A stretch of DNA of 64,000 nucleotides from Candidatus Poribacteria bacterium (lineage in GTDB: Bacteria > Poribacteria > WGA-4E > WGA-3G): positions 1,216,001 through 1,280,000 of the forward strand of contig OZ244048.1 in NCBI GenBank assembly GCA_965215265.1, in the 5' to 3' direction. Below, piece by piece: positions 39,701 through 48,790 of the stretch. Below the pieces are notes generated by a model, which was given only the letters and a program-made list of their open reading frames with translations, did no database searches and was not told the DNA's origin. The number at the start of each line of letters is the position of its first letter. Positions within the stretch are counted from its first letter, which is position 1. Position numbers and translations under genes: made by a program.

Positions 39701-40430
39701 GAGCGTTTTTACCTTTTGCCACTTTTAAAACAGTGTTGAGACAGTGTATCCACTCTTTTACCCATGCCTGAACGCTTTGTTCCGATTCGTCTGTGCCACC
39801 GTTTTGGAGGAGTTGTTCAATGCTTAGCGTTTCCCATAGTTCCCGTATTTCGGCGTTACTGTGCTCATCATAGAGTTGCTGTTTGAGGCGTTCGATCGTT
39901 TCGCGTTGATTCAGCATGGCCGTGAGGATTGTCTCTAGTTTCCGTCTCCCTGCGCAGCAGTAGAGTAGGTGTCTAAGTTTGCTGTATAGTTCGTGGTGAT
40001 GTTCGGTAGCGATTGTCTTCAATTCTTCCTGAAGTGTTGCGCGCAGTAATAATCTCGTATCGATACCTTGTAGGATTCCAAAGTTTGCTGGAACTCTGGC
40101 TTGGAAAGGGAATTCTCTCAGGATACGCGAACAGAAAGCGTGAATTGTTGAGATGGGTGCCGTGGTCATCTGTTCTTGGAACTTGCTTCTGTTATGGAAT
40201 TTTCGTGAGTCTAGTTCGTTCAACCTTTCGATAATTCTCTCTTTCATTTCAGTAGCGGCTTTCTCAGTGAACGTGATGGCGACAATTTCACGTGGTGAGG
40301 CATCGGCTTCGTGCAGAATTTTAAGATACCGTTCTACGAGTACGGTGGTTTTTCCAGACCCAGCACCTGCAGTTACACAAACGTGGGTATTAAAAGTGAG
40401 GGCTTTTTGCTGATTTGGTGTGAGTCTCAT
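36714..40430 (-). CDS. UvrD/AddA-like helicase-nuclease
   Basis: AGAGSGKT, TFTEKAA, IDEYQD, GDVKQ, TIHAAKGLQF, C-terminal GRID...IDYKT nuclease. Confidence 0.92.
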   Translation of the reverse strand: MRLTPNQQKALTFNTHVCVTAGAGSGKTTVLVERYLKILHEADASPREIVAITFTEKAATEMKERIIERLNELDSRKFHNRSKFQEQMTTAPISTIHAFCSRILREFPFQARVPANFGILQGIDTRLLLRATLQEELKTIATEHHHELYSKLRHLLYCCAGRRKLETILTAMLNQRETIERLKQQLYDEHSNAEIRELWETLSIEQLLQNGGTDESEQSVQAWVKEWIHCLNTVLKVAKGKNAPEIRNLTDQLTANLNTDIAKPTQLQQLRKIEKLILNKSGKIAKNYFLGKGTDITAIESEINFLGSAAKELRNTPPINDDDDALIQTTRHLLALYTHIETAYQRAKLEQGKLDYTDLQLKTRELLKENKEIRRTLENRYKYFMIDEYQDTNPLQFELVMLLTNKLQHGNLFIVGDVKQGIYGFRGADIRVFNQTREKICESNGMAVSLSENFRSLRDDVGFVNYFFQRLMHEGTESEFEVAYEPLVQARTAPLGTEAESAVANGSIEIILGNKGEERVNENELIATRIKNMITEKVAVINRDENGESLRQIEYGDIAILIRNRTHLPDLERALLDKGVPYLTTGGIGFYQRQEIYDIWNYLQFLDAPIESHVALAAILRGPFFGISDTELYEISLQHGDSFWEKTEARLQNLVTQDNVIGTPENPRKKLSDESEISSQNLQLAVGLLKKHLQLAQRIPINQLILTIVQETGIIGTITAGPQGQQRWANYQKLLDLARNFQQEDANLDGSQTLTRFIDFLAILMDEEPREGQAPIQANRTAVQIMTIHAAKGLQFPIVVLPGLDRRGQIETEPFIDEQCGIGFTSLNPDDDYKKRDPSIIKLMKNRANAKADAEKKRIFYVGTTRASDRLILSGTLFDSQKPRSMLKSLCTHLGLSQQTSLSIPVELEAFSDNSTKQQHFNLEIPIIRCLPESAEPASNQAEIISPELSQLPAPPLSPSTTGAYFSVPELSNYARCPLRYHLENVLRIPPIRPINDECNEFIQPSTAQNQPDTPDWDETETGRAVHYILSQIRQKTDVRQLERLIQYYKESIRSDIRENVNAFLTSELGQIALVSEQTYCERQIHIQLGEHIIGGRIDRLFKHPTTGHWQAIDYKTIGTVDKLGMTSSLLSSVDEHSGEESLIALTDENRPQVELYALLVHRSYPEQPELTINLFFTHLNQSVPLQFSRNELQQLANRWTETIASLQLSTYLKNPSHCPSCPYADDNLNQRCIITTS

Positions 40431-40444
40431 TTTTCCTCTGTAAG

Positions 40445-41527
40445 TTAATCAATTAAGGGAATAACGGCTTCAGCTGCGATTGCAAGTTCGACAGCATCGC
40501 CGGGTTTTTTGGCTTCGGTGCCCGGGTCGTATTGCACAACTTTCAAGGGTATATCCGATGCAATTAAGTGATATTCTTCCATTCTGCCTAAATAGTTGAC
40601 ACCGGTGACTTTTGCGTTAAGGCGGTTCTGGGCAGGCTTATTGGCTGCTTCTTTGGTTATGTCAAGATGGATTGCCTCAGGACGTATTGAACATTGTACA
40701 TTCGTGCCATCTGTCAATTCGTGGTAAACCTTTTCAGAGAATAGGGTGCCGACTGGTGTCTCGATTGTAGCGCTGCCATTTGATATATGCTGAATACGGC
40801 CTGGGACGAAGTTAGTCTCGCCGATGAAACTGGCGACAAAAGCGTTTTTTGGGGCTTGATAAACCTCGCGTGGCGTGCCCACTTGAACGATGATTCCGTC
40901 TTGCATAATTGCCATCCGGTCTGCCATTGAGAGTGCATCAACCTGATCATGGGTAACATAGAAAGTTGTGATATGAGTTCGACTGTGAATCAATTTGATT
41001 TCGTCGCGCATGTGTTGGCGTAAGGCCGCGTCAAGGTTGCTGATAGGCTCGTCAAGGAGGAGTACGTCAGGTTCAATCACGAGGGCGCGGGCGAGTGCAA
41101 TGCGCTGTTGCTGTCCGCCGGAGAGCGTATTAACAGGGCGAGCGTGGTATCCATCCATCTGGACCAGTTTTAGCACCTCTGTGATTTTCTGTTTTCTCTT
41201 CTCTTTTTTAAATTTGCGCAGTGTCAGCCCATATTCAATGTTTTCTGCAACGGACATGTGGGGCCACAAGGCATAGTTTTGGAACACCATTCCGGTGTTG
41301 CGTTGATGCGGTGGGACGTTATTCATAACAGAATTGTCAAACCGTAGTTCGCCAGAATCGGGCCGGTAGAATCCGGCAATGATGCGGAGAAAGGTGGATT
41401 TTCCGCATCCGGAGGGCCCGAGAAGAAAAAAGAATTCGCCTTTCTCTATTTTCAGTGTTACATTGTTGACAGCAACAGTGGTATCAAAGGCTTTGGTAAC
41501 CTGAGTTAATTCAACGGCAACAGCCAT
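40445..41527 (-). CDS. ABC transporter ATP-binding protein (PotA/FbpC-like)
   Basis: GPSGCGKS, LSGGQQQR, LLDEP, TOBE-like C-terminus. Confidence 0.93.
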   Translation of the reverse strand: MAVAVELTQVTKAFDTTVAVNNVTLKIEKGEFFFLLGPSGCGKSTFLRIIAGFYRPDSGELRFDNSVMNNVPPHQRNTGMVFQNYALWPHMSVAENIEYGLTLRKFKKEKRKQKITEVLKLVQMDGYHARPVNTLSGGQQQRIALARALVIEPDVLLLDEPISNLDAALRQHMRDEIKLIHSRTHITTFYVTHDQVDALSMADRMAIMQDGIIVQVGTPREVYQAPKNAFVASFIGETNFVPGRIQHISNGSATIETPVGTLFSEKVYHELTDGTNVQCSIRPEAIHLDITKEAANKPAQNRLNAKVTGVNYLGRMEEYHLIASDIPLKVVQYDPGTEAKKPGDAVELAIAAEAVIPLID

Positions 41528-41596
41528 AGTTCATAATGTCTCCGTAGGCTAGCGAATTTGAAGGGCAAAAATTGCTTGTGTTCTTAGGTAATTGAC

Positions 41597-42511
41597 TCAA
41601 TTCTGTGGTGGTATCTCTTTGACACAGCGGAATCCGATAGTGCTTCCGGATGTGAGATGGTACCACCGGTCTGCGACGCGAAGATCTTGGGGGCTGCCGC
41701 CCCATCCGCCACCGCGTAGGATACGAAAATTTTCGCTTTCTGGGGCGGATTCTCTACCGAACCGGGGATTATTCTGCGGACTGACTTTGTAGAATTGGGA
41801 ATTGTATTCATCAAAACACCATTCCCATGCGTTGCCTGCCATATCGTACAGGTTGTATCCGTTCGGTGGGAAACTTCCCACGGGTGCTGTCCACTTCCAC
41901 AGGTCTTTTTTGGCGATTCCGCCCAAATTGGCATCATTATATGTTATTATATCACCGTTCGGGTACAGTTTTCCAATAAGATTTCCTCGTGCAGCGTACT
42001 CCCATTCGGCTTCGGTTGGTAATCGTTTTTTTGCCCATGTTGCATAGGCGGTAGCGTCACGCCATGTTACTCGTACAACGGGGGTATGCGGTGCATTGAA
42101 CTTTGGGTTGTGGGCGAGTGGCGGTTGAGGATACCCAGTTTCTTGTATGAATCTCTGATATTGCGCGTTTGTTACTTCGTATGCATCCATGTAAAATGCG
42201 TTCAGGAAGACAGTATGAATGGGTTGTTCGTCGCTGTCGCCTGTGAGGGAGCCCATTTCAAAGGTGCCTGCTGGAATTAGTACCATTGTTGCGCCATCAG
42301 TTTCTGTTATAATTTCTGTGGACAATGTGTCTGAGTCGCGTGTGCATCCACAGAGACATGCAAAGAACAGAGTCAGGTGGACGAGATGTTTACTTAAACA
42401 CAATCCGCTTGCAGTGTGAGAGATGTTAGACTTTTTGCAGGACGTTACAACTGTTCCTAACGACATTTTAGAGGTTTTAAAAAGATTGCTCCACCTGTTT
42501 AGCCGTTTCAA
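41597..42511 (-). CDS. Formylglycine-generating enzyme (SUMF1)-fold protein
   Basis: RLPTEAEWEYAARG, YDMAGNAWEWC, RGGGW...GFRC; start uncertain. Confidence 0.88.
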   Translation of the reverse strand: MKRLNRWSNLFKTSKMSLGTVVTSCKKSNISHTASGLCLSKHLVHLTLFFACLCGCTRDSDTLSTEIITETDGATMVLIPAGTFEMGSLTGDSDEQPIHTVFLNAFYMDAYEVTNAQYQRFIQETGYPQPPLAHNPKFNAPHTPVVRVTWRDATAYATWAKKRLPTEAEWEYAARGNLIGKLYPNGDIITYNDANLGGIAKKDLWKWTAPVGSFPPNGYNLYDMAGNAWEWCFDEYNSQFYKVSPQNNPRFGRESAPESENFRILRGGGWGGSPQDLRVADRWYHLTSGSTIGFRCVKEIPPQN

Positions 42512-43892
42512 CTATCCATGTTTGTTCTTTCTGATAGATGGTGCGCAGGTCGAACCACAATTGCGCGTTTTTGATTCTGCCGATGATAGGAATTTTGGCG
42601 TTTCGGAAATGGGCGGCGAGCCCTTCAGCAGAAATCAGGGTGGATTCTAAAACTAAAGCGACACTGAGCAATGTTTCGACGGGGAGGGCACCACTTCCGA
42701 TTTGGCCGTGCGTTTCGGCGACGTAGATTTGAACCTTATTGGCAAAAACGGTTTCGAGTGCCTGCTTTAACTGCTTTGCTACTTGATGTAATTCGTCCAT
42801 TGTTCGGGTATAACGGTTGAGCATGGGGAGCTGCGCTGCCAATTGATCTTCTGCGGCGGTTGTGAGATAGAGTTGCAGTGTGGCTGCCAATGCAGCGATG
42901 GTGAGCTTATCAACTCTGAGTGCGCGCATGATAGGATTTTTGCGAATCTTTTCAATCCATGCTGCTTTCCCTACGATGAGTCCCGCTTGTGGCCCACCGA
43001 GGAGTTTATCTCCGCTAAAGGTGACGATATCGACACCGCTGGCGATGGCTTCAGTGACAAGAGGTTCATGGGGGAGTCCATATTGTGTCATGTCAACGAG
43101 TGCACCACTTCCTAAATCCTCCATCGTGGGGATGCCATACCGTGTGCTAAGCGCGGTGAGCTCTTCTACTGCAGGAGTTGTCGTGAAACCGAGAATTTTG
43201 TAGTTGCTCGGATGCACCTTAAGTAGGAGTCCTGTGTTTTCAGTGATAGCCTCTTCATAATCGCGCAAGTGGGTGCGGTTGGTGGTTCCAACTTCTCGTA
43301 GGAGTGCGCCGCTTGCTGCCATGACATCGGGGATGCGGAACGCGCCGCCGATTTCAACGAGTTCACCGCGCGAGACAATAACCTCTTTTCCACTCGCGAC
43401 GGTTTGAAGTGCTATCAAGACGGCTGCAGCGTTGTTATTCACGACGGTAGATGCTTCACAGCCTGTTAACTGTTGCAGGAGTGGTTCTGTTATCCTGTCT
43501 CTATGTCCTCTTTTACCTGTTTCTACGTTGTATTCGAGGTTGATATAATTTTGTGCGGCTTGCTGGAGTGCTTCACACGCCGTGATGCTTAGTAATGCTC
43601 TACCCAAGTTAGTATGGGTAATGGTGCCAGTAGCGTTGACAACCGGGAGGAGACGAGGCCGCATCTTGTTCTCGATTCGCTGACGTGTCCATTTGGCATA
43701 TTCTGTGGGTTCTGGTAATTGAATTTCGGATTTTAAAACCTTGCTTCGGACTTCGGCGACCACGGCGCGTAGGGTTTCTGTTACTAGCGAACGCGCGTAG
43801 GTAGTTTGCAAATCAAGCAACTCTTGTGTGTTCAAAAGTTTTTCAATAGCAGGCAACTGCCTCAGCAGATTTCTAGGTGTACTTGGAGTCAA
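42477..43892 (-). CDS. selA: L-seryl-tRNA(Sec) selenium transferase
   Basis: VNATG, TNLGRA, VNNNAAA, SRGELVEIGG, EVGTTNRT, FSGDKLLGGPQAG. Confidence 0.96.
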   Translation of the reverse strand: MTPSTPRNLLRQLPAIEKLLNTQELLDLQTTYARSLVTETLRAVVAEVRSKVLKSEIQLPEPTEYAKWTRQRIENKMRPRLLPVVNATGTITHTNLGRALLSITACEALQQAAQNYINLEYNVETGKRGHRDRITEPLLQQLTGCEASTVVNNNAAAVLIALQTVASGKEVIVSRGELVEIGGAFRIPDVMAASGALLREVGTTNRTHLRDYEEAITENTGLLLKVHPSNYKILGFTTTPAVEELTALSTRYGIPTMEDLGSGALVDMTQYGLPHEPLVTEAIASGVDIVTFSGDKLLGGPQAGLIVGKAAWIEKIRKNPIMRALRVDKLTIAALAATLQLYLTTAAEDQLAAQLPMLNRYTRTMDELHQVAKQLKQALETVFANKVQIYVAETHGQIGSGALPVETLLSVALVLESTLISAEGLAAHFRNAKIPIIGRIKNAQLWFDLRTIYQKEQTWIVETAKQVEQSF

Positions 43893-43935
43893 TCTCTTTC
43901 TCCGTGGCTTCTCTATCTCTTTTTTCTATAACTTT

Positions 43936-43964
43936 AGTATAGCATGCAATGGAATTGTAGTCAA
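43936..43964 (-). promoter_or_regulatory. Sigma70-type promoter of the selA operon
   Basis: TTGACT-17 nt-TATACT with extended TG. Confidence 0.7.
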
Positions 43965-44018
43965 ACTTTTTTGTGGATACTCACTTACCCCCATTTTTTT
44001 TCAAGGTTTGGCGTGAAT

Positions 44019-44102
44019 TGAATCTAAACATCCGAACCCTCCGACGAGATTTGTACAGGGTTTTACATAACAAACGCCTCTATTGGGCTGCAGTAGACGA
44101 AA
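44019..44102. repeat. 84-nt element, C-type interior
   Basis: TGAATC...CTCCGACGAGATTT...GTAGACGAAA; same length and ends as family A. Confidence 0.8.
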
Positions 44103-44284
44103 AGACGAGATTTGTAAAGATTTCAGAAAAACAGACTGCTTTAATGAACGCCTTAGCACAAATCTCGCTAGAGATTTACGTTGTTATGATTCAATACATC
44201 TAAGTCAGGCAAAAAAAAGTTTGCCAAAAAGTGTTGTTTTCGGCTAAAATGTGTTCGTCTCTTTTTTATTTCGAAAAAAAAGAG

Positions 44285-44313
44285 TTGACAAAAAATGTTC
44301 ATTGTGCGATAAT
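44285..44313 (+). promoter_or_regulatory. Sigma70-type promoter flanked by 43-bp direct repeats
   Basis: TTGACA-17 nt-GATAAT; repeats at 44209-44251 and 44335-44377. Confidence 0.65.
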
Positions 44314-44999
44314 GCAAAACAACTTTTGAGTTATGCAAAAAAAAGTTTGCCAAAAAGCGTTGTTTTCGTCTAAACTGAAAAATACGAAAAACCGCGAAAA
44401 TCTCCGTCGAGATTTGTAAAAAGATACTCATTAAATCTGTCGGTGATGCGCTGAAAGATACGAGAACTCGAAGAGATGAAACACCGAGAGTCCGTGTATC
44501 CCATAAGTAGAGTGAGCTGCCCTGTGCTGCGGGGTTGGCATCTTTGCGCGAACGCGTGCATATACCGTGCTGTCGTGTGTTTTAACTGCCTGTTAAGACG
44601 ATTGATCCCCCCCCCGACTTTACGTACGTTAACCATTTTATTAACTCAAGCCGCATCACCCTTAGTCGCTGCTTTCTTACGCCTGCACGCCTACCGTCTC
44701 GGACGGTGGAGGCCGTTGCAGGCTTTTTTTCTGATGCGTGCGGCACCCCTTGTCGGAGCCCCGGGCTTCTGTGTGCGGGTACGCCTGTAACAAACCGAGT
44801 CGGCTTATGTCAAAGGTGCCGGGGCGACACTCGCCCGGCACCCTACCGTGGGCTCGTATTGGCTATTCACCTATTTGTGCGTGGACAGCGTGCTTCGGCA
44901 CGCCTGCCCACCCGCAATCAAACCGATAACGACTTATAAACCTAACCGGTGCGATAACCGCATCGACAACGGACACATCGTCCGAAAGGATATTTTGAA

Positions 45000-45608
45000 A
45001 TGAAAGATTGGATGAACCCGCAAAAATGCGTGGTAGTTTTATTAGGGGGGCTGGTGTTAGTGTTTGCCTGCTACGGGCTGGTAAAAGCACAACACGGCTT
45101 GATGCCGGCTCCCTCAGAGACGCGGCACATCGCCCCTCCGATTGACGGGCTCACAAGCATAGAACGTAGCTTGCCTGCAGTCTCCTCTGACTCGGTTTCT
45201 CCTGAAACGGTTGCAGAGTGGTTGTCGCTGTTACGTGCCAACAATGACGGCTCCGCGGTTTTTGCAAAGGGGATAGCGAACCTTGAGCAGGTGCTGTGGG
45301 AGATGCAGCCTGTGGAGCGGCCGCGGCTGTTAGCGAACTATCCGAATCCGTTCAACCCAGAGACGTGGATACCTTATCAGCTGGCAGTGCCAGCGGATGT
45401 GGAGGTGTCCATCTATGCGTTGGACGGGCGTTTGGTTAGGACGTTAGCGTTGGGGCATCAAGCGGCGGGCCGCTACGAGAGCAAGGCACGCGCCGCGTAT
45501 TGGGATGGGCGCAACGCCTCTGGTGAGCGTGTTGCGAGTGGTATCTATTTCTATACGCTGCGTGCAGGCGACTTCTCTGCGACGCAGAAGATGTTGATAA
45601 GGAAGTAA
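45000..45608 (+). CDS. Secreted stand-alone FlgD-Ig-like (sorting-domain-like) protein
   Basis: Signal/TM segment followed almost directly by ANYPNPFNPETWIPYQLA...ASGIYFYTL...KMLIRK. Confidence 0.85.
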   Translation: MKDWMNPQKCVVVLLGGLVLVFACYGLVKAQHGLMPAPSETRHIAPPIDGLTSIERSLPAVSSDSVSPETVAEWLSLLRANNDGSAVFAKGIANLEQVLWEMQPVERPRLLANYPNPFNPETWIPYQLAVPADVEVSIYALDGRLVRTLALGHQAAGRYESKARAAYWDGRNASGERVASGIYFYTLRAGDFSATQKMLIRK

Positions 45609-45798
45609 AGGGAGAGGGATGTGTAAGGGGGTGTGTGCCGTCTGCGTTTGACGCGGCGGTCTCGCCTCCAACCCCTCGTATTTTTAGCCGCGAGTGTTTC
45701 GCGGCATTTGGAGGACTGTAATGTGTCATAAAAAAGTTTCAAAGGTTTGGAGGGCTGTAATGTCCGCTAAAAAAGTTTCAAAGGTTTGGAGGGCTGTA

Positions 45799-48594
45799 AT
45801 GAATAATAAAAGCGTGTCAGTGATGTTAGCCATATTGGCGTGTATAGTTTTGAGTTTGGGTGGTTTGGGTGATGTGTGTGCGCAAGGGGTAAGCGTGGCT
45901 GCGGATGTCGGTGTGCTTTCGGCTGTGAAAGGTGATGCGGATGTGAATGGTGATGGCCGTGTGGATATAGTGGATTTGGCACTGGTAGCGGCGCACCTGG
46001 GAACCCGCGGTAACAGTTCGGCAGATTTGAACGGGAATAGTGTAGTGGATATAGGGGACGTGGCGTTAGTAGCGGCGGGGTTTAACGGTGCAGCGTCTGC
46101 ACCTGCGGCGCAGGTGTCTGCGCCTGCAGGGATGGTGCTCATCCCCGGCGGCACCTTCCAGATGGGCAGCAACGATGCCGAGGCCGCTGGTGAAGAGCAG
46201 CCTGTGCATCTGGTGCATGTGGACGCGTTCTATATGGATACGCACGAAGTGACGAACGCCGAGTATAAAAGTTTTGTGCTGGCGAATCCCGAGTGGCAGA
46301 AGGGGCGTATTTCGGCTGCCTTCCACAGCGGTAAGTACCTAAAACATTGGAACGGTAATAACTATCCAGCGGGTAAAGGGGACCATCCTGTGACGTATGT
46401 GTCGTGGTATGCGGCGATGGCATATTCTGCTTGGGCAGGGAAGCGTCTGCCAACGGAGGCAGAGTGGGAGTATGCGGCACGCGGTGGGGAGGCAGGTCTG
46501 AAGTATCCGTGGGGAAATACGATATCCCCTGCGAACGCGAACTACGATAGGAATGTAAACGATACAACGGCTGTGGGGAGTTATGCTGCGAACGGGTATG
46601 GGCTGTTCGACATGGCCGGGAACGTGTCGGAGTGGTGTCTGGACGAGTATAATGCGGCATTTTATGCTGCGTCTCCGTCTAATAATCCGCTGAGTGGTGT
46701 GTCTGGTAGTCTGCTCGCGAATCTGGATGAGATTGTATCGGACTACACAGGCGTAAATGTGAAGTCACTGCGGGTGTTGCGGGGTGGTAATTGGCGTGCT
46801 GATGTGCGTCACCTGCGCGTCGCCGATAGGTTCAAGAGTGTGCTGACGTTCACGAAAAAACACACCGGGTTTCGTTGTGTGAGTGCAGTGCCGGCGGAGC
46901 CACCCACACCGGAGCCTGAGCCACCCACACCGGAGCCTGAGCCACCCACACCGGAGCCTGAGCCACCCACAACGGAGCCTGAGCCACCCACACCGCAGGC
47001 ACCTGCAAGGATGGCACTCATCCCCGCGGGCACCTTCCAGATGGGCAGCAACGATGCCAAGGCCGATGGTGACGAGCGGCCTGTGCATACGGTGTATGTG
47101 GACGCGTTCTATATGGATACGCACGAAGTGACGAACGCCGAGTATAAAAGTTTTCTGCTTGCGAATCCCGAGTGGCAGAAGACGCATATTCCGGATGCCT
47201 TTCATGATGGTAATTATCTAAACCATTGGGACGGTAATAACTATCCTGTGGGTAAGGGGGACCATCCTGTGGGGTATGTGAGTTGGTATGCGGCGATGGC
47301 ATATTCCTTCTGGGCAGGGAAGCGTCTGCCAACGGAGGCGGAGTGGGAGTATGCGGCACGCGGGGGGTTAGTTGGTAAGAAATACCCGTGGGGAGACACG
47401 ATAACGCCGAACGATGCGAACTACGGTAGGAATGTAGGGGACACTCGTCCTGTGGGGAGTTATGCGGCAAACGGGTATGGGCTATATGACATGGCGGGGA
47501 ACGTTTACGAGTGGTGTCTTGATCTGTATGATCGGAATTTCTATTCTCGTTTGCCGTCTAGTAATCCGCTGAATGGTGTGTCTGGCAGTACGCTCACGAA
47601 TCTGGATGAGCTCGCGAATCTGGATGAGATTGTGGATATAAATGTTAACTCTGAGCGCGTGTTGCGTGGCGGTAGCTGGTCCTTTGATTCACTCTTCCTG
47701 CGTGCCGCTAATCGCCGCGGGGATACCCCTACGGACACCAATAATCGCCGCGGGGATACCCCTACGGACACCAACGGCAGCTACGGTTTCCGGTGTGCGT
47801 GGGCTGTTACTCCTTCCGTGCCGCCAGCACTAGTAGGGATGGCACTCATCCCCGCGGGCACCTTCCAGATGGGCAGCAACGATGCCGAGGCCGGTGGTGA
47901 CGAGCAGCCTGTGCATACAGTGTATGTGTACCCGTTCTATATGGATACGCACGAAGTGACGAACGCCGAGTATAAAAGTTTTGTGCTGGCGAACCCCGAG
48001 TGGCAGAAGACGCGGATTCCGGATGCCTTCCATAATGGTTTTTACCTGTTCCATTGGGAAGGTAATAACTATCCAATGGGTAAGGGGGACCATCCTGTGG
48101 TGCATGTGTCGTGGTATGCGGCGATGGCATATTCCGCGTGGGTAGGTAAGCGTCTGCCAACGGAGGCGGAATGGGAGTATGCGGCACGCGGGGGGTTAGT
48201 TGGTAAGAAATACCCGTGGGGAGACACGATAACGCCGAACGATGCGAACTACGGTAATAATGTAGAAGATACCCGTCCTGTCGGGAGTTATGCGGCGAAC
48301 GGGTATGGGCTATATGACATGGCCGGGAACGTGTGGGAGTGGTGTCTGGATGCGTATAATGGGGCATTTTATTCTGCGTCTCCGTCTAATAATCCGCTGA
48401 GCGGTGTGTCTGGCAGTACGCTCGCGAATCTGGATGAGATTGTAGATAACTATGAAAATGTACCTGTTACCCCCCGTCGCGTGTTGCGCGGCGGTAGCTG
48501 GTCCTTTGATTCACGAAGCCTGCGCGCCGCTTTTCGCCACAGGGATTCCCCTTTGGGCCCGGGCGTCACCTTCGGGTTCCGGTGTGTGCGGTAG
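45799..48594 (+). CDS. Secreted dockerin-like + triple FGE/SUMF1 domain protein
   Basis: Signal peptide, DVNGDGRVDIVDL duplicated EF-hand-like motif, three RLPTEAEWEYAARG domains; alternative starts at 45721 and 45760. Confidence 0.92.
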   Translation: MNNKSVSVMLAILACIVLSLGGLGDVCAQGVSVAADVGVLSAVKGDADVNGDGRVDIVDLALVAAHLGTRGNSSADLNGNSVVDIGDVALVAAGFNGAASAPAAQVSAPAGMVLIPGGTFQMGSNDAEAAGEEQPVHLVHVDAFYMDTHEVTNAEYKSFVLANPEWQKGRISAAFHSGKYLKHWNGNNYPAGKGDHPVTYVSWYAAMAYSAWAGKRLPTEAEWEYAARGGEAGLKYPWGNTISPANANYDRNVNDTTAVGSYAANGYGLFDMAGNVSEWCLDEYNAAFYAASPSNNPLSGVSGSLLANLDEIVSDYTGVNVKSLRVLRGGNWRADVRHLRVADRFKSVLTFTKKHTGFRCVSAVPAEPPTPEPEPPTPEPEPPTPEPEPPTTEPEPPTPQAPARMALIPAGTFQMGSNDAKADGDERPVHTVYVDAFYMDTHEVTNAEYKSFLLANPEWQKTHIPDAFHDGNYLNHWDGNNYPVGKGDHPVGYVSWYAAMAYSFWAGKRLPTEAEWEYAARGGLVGKKYPWGDTITPNDANYGRNVGDTRPVGSYAANGYGLYDMAGNVYEWCLDLYDRNFYSRLPSSNPLNGVSGSTLTNLDELANLDEIVDINVNSERVLRGGSWSFDSLFLRAANRRGDTPTDTNNRRGDTPTDTNGSYGFRCAWAVTPSVPPALVGMALIPAGTFQMGSNDAEAGGDEQPVHTVYVYPFYMDTHEVTNAEYKSFVLANPEWQKTRIPDAFHNGFYLFHWEGNNYPMGKGDHPVVHVSWYAAMAYSAWVGKRLPTEAEWEYAARGGLVGKKYPWGDTITPNDANYGNNVEDTRPVGSYAANGYGLYDMAGNVWEWCLDAYNGAFYSASPSNNPLSGVSGSTLANLDEIVDNYENVPVTPRRVLRGGSWSFDSRSLRAAFRHRDSPLGPGVTFGFRCVR
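46897..46995 (+). repeat. 21-bp tandem repeat encoding an EPPTPEP linker
   Basis: GAGCCACCCACACCGGAGCCT about 4.7 times. Confidence 0.9.
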
Positions 48595-48608
48595 GCTTAT
48601 GAGCAGCG

Positions 48609-48676
48609 AAAGATAAAACCAGAGGTGTGATGGTGAGTAGGCCGTGTGCCAAATGCCATCACATCTCTTTCTCTTT
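48609..48676 (+). terminator. Terminator-like hairpin, direct repeat copy 1
   Basis: GAGGTGTGATGG...CCATCACATCTC + T tract; repeated at 50001-50068. Confidence 0.75.
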
Positions 48677-48790
48677 TTTCTCCGCCTGATTTATCTCTGC
48701 TTGACAATGATTCCCTGATGTGTTATTATAAAGACAGAGTCGTTTTGAGAAGGGAAGCACTTGACAACTCATACGTTTTAGGAGTCTAAT

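Noticed and set aside
41597-41720. Single FGE gene as a DGR target
   Set aside because: Its tail is shorter and shows no nucleotide similarity pattern to the three variable regions.
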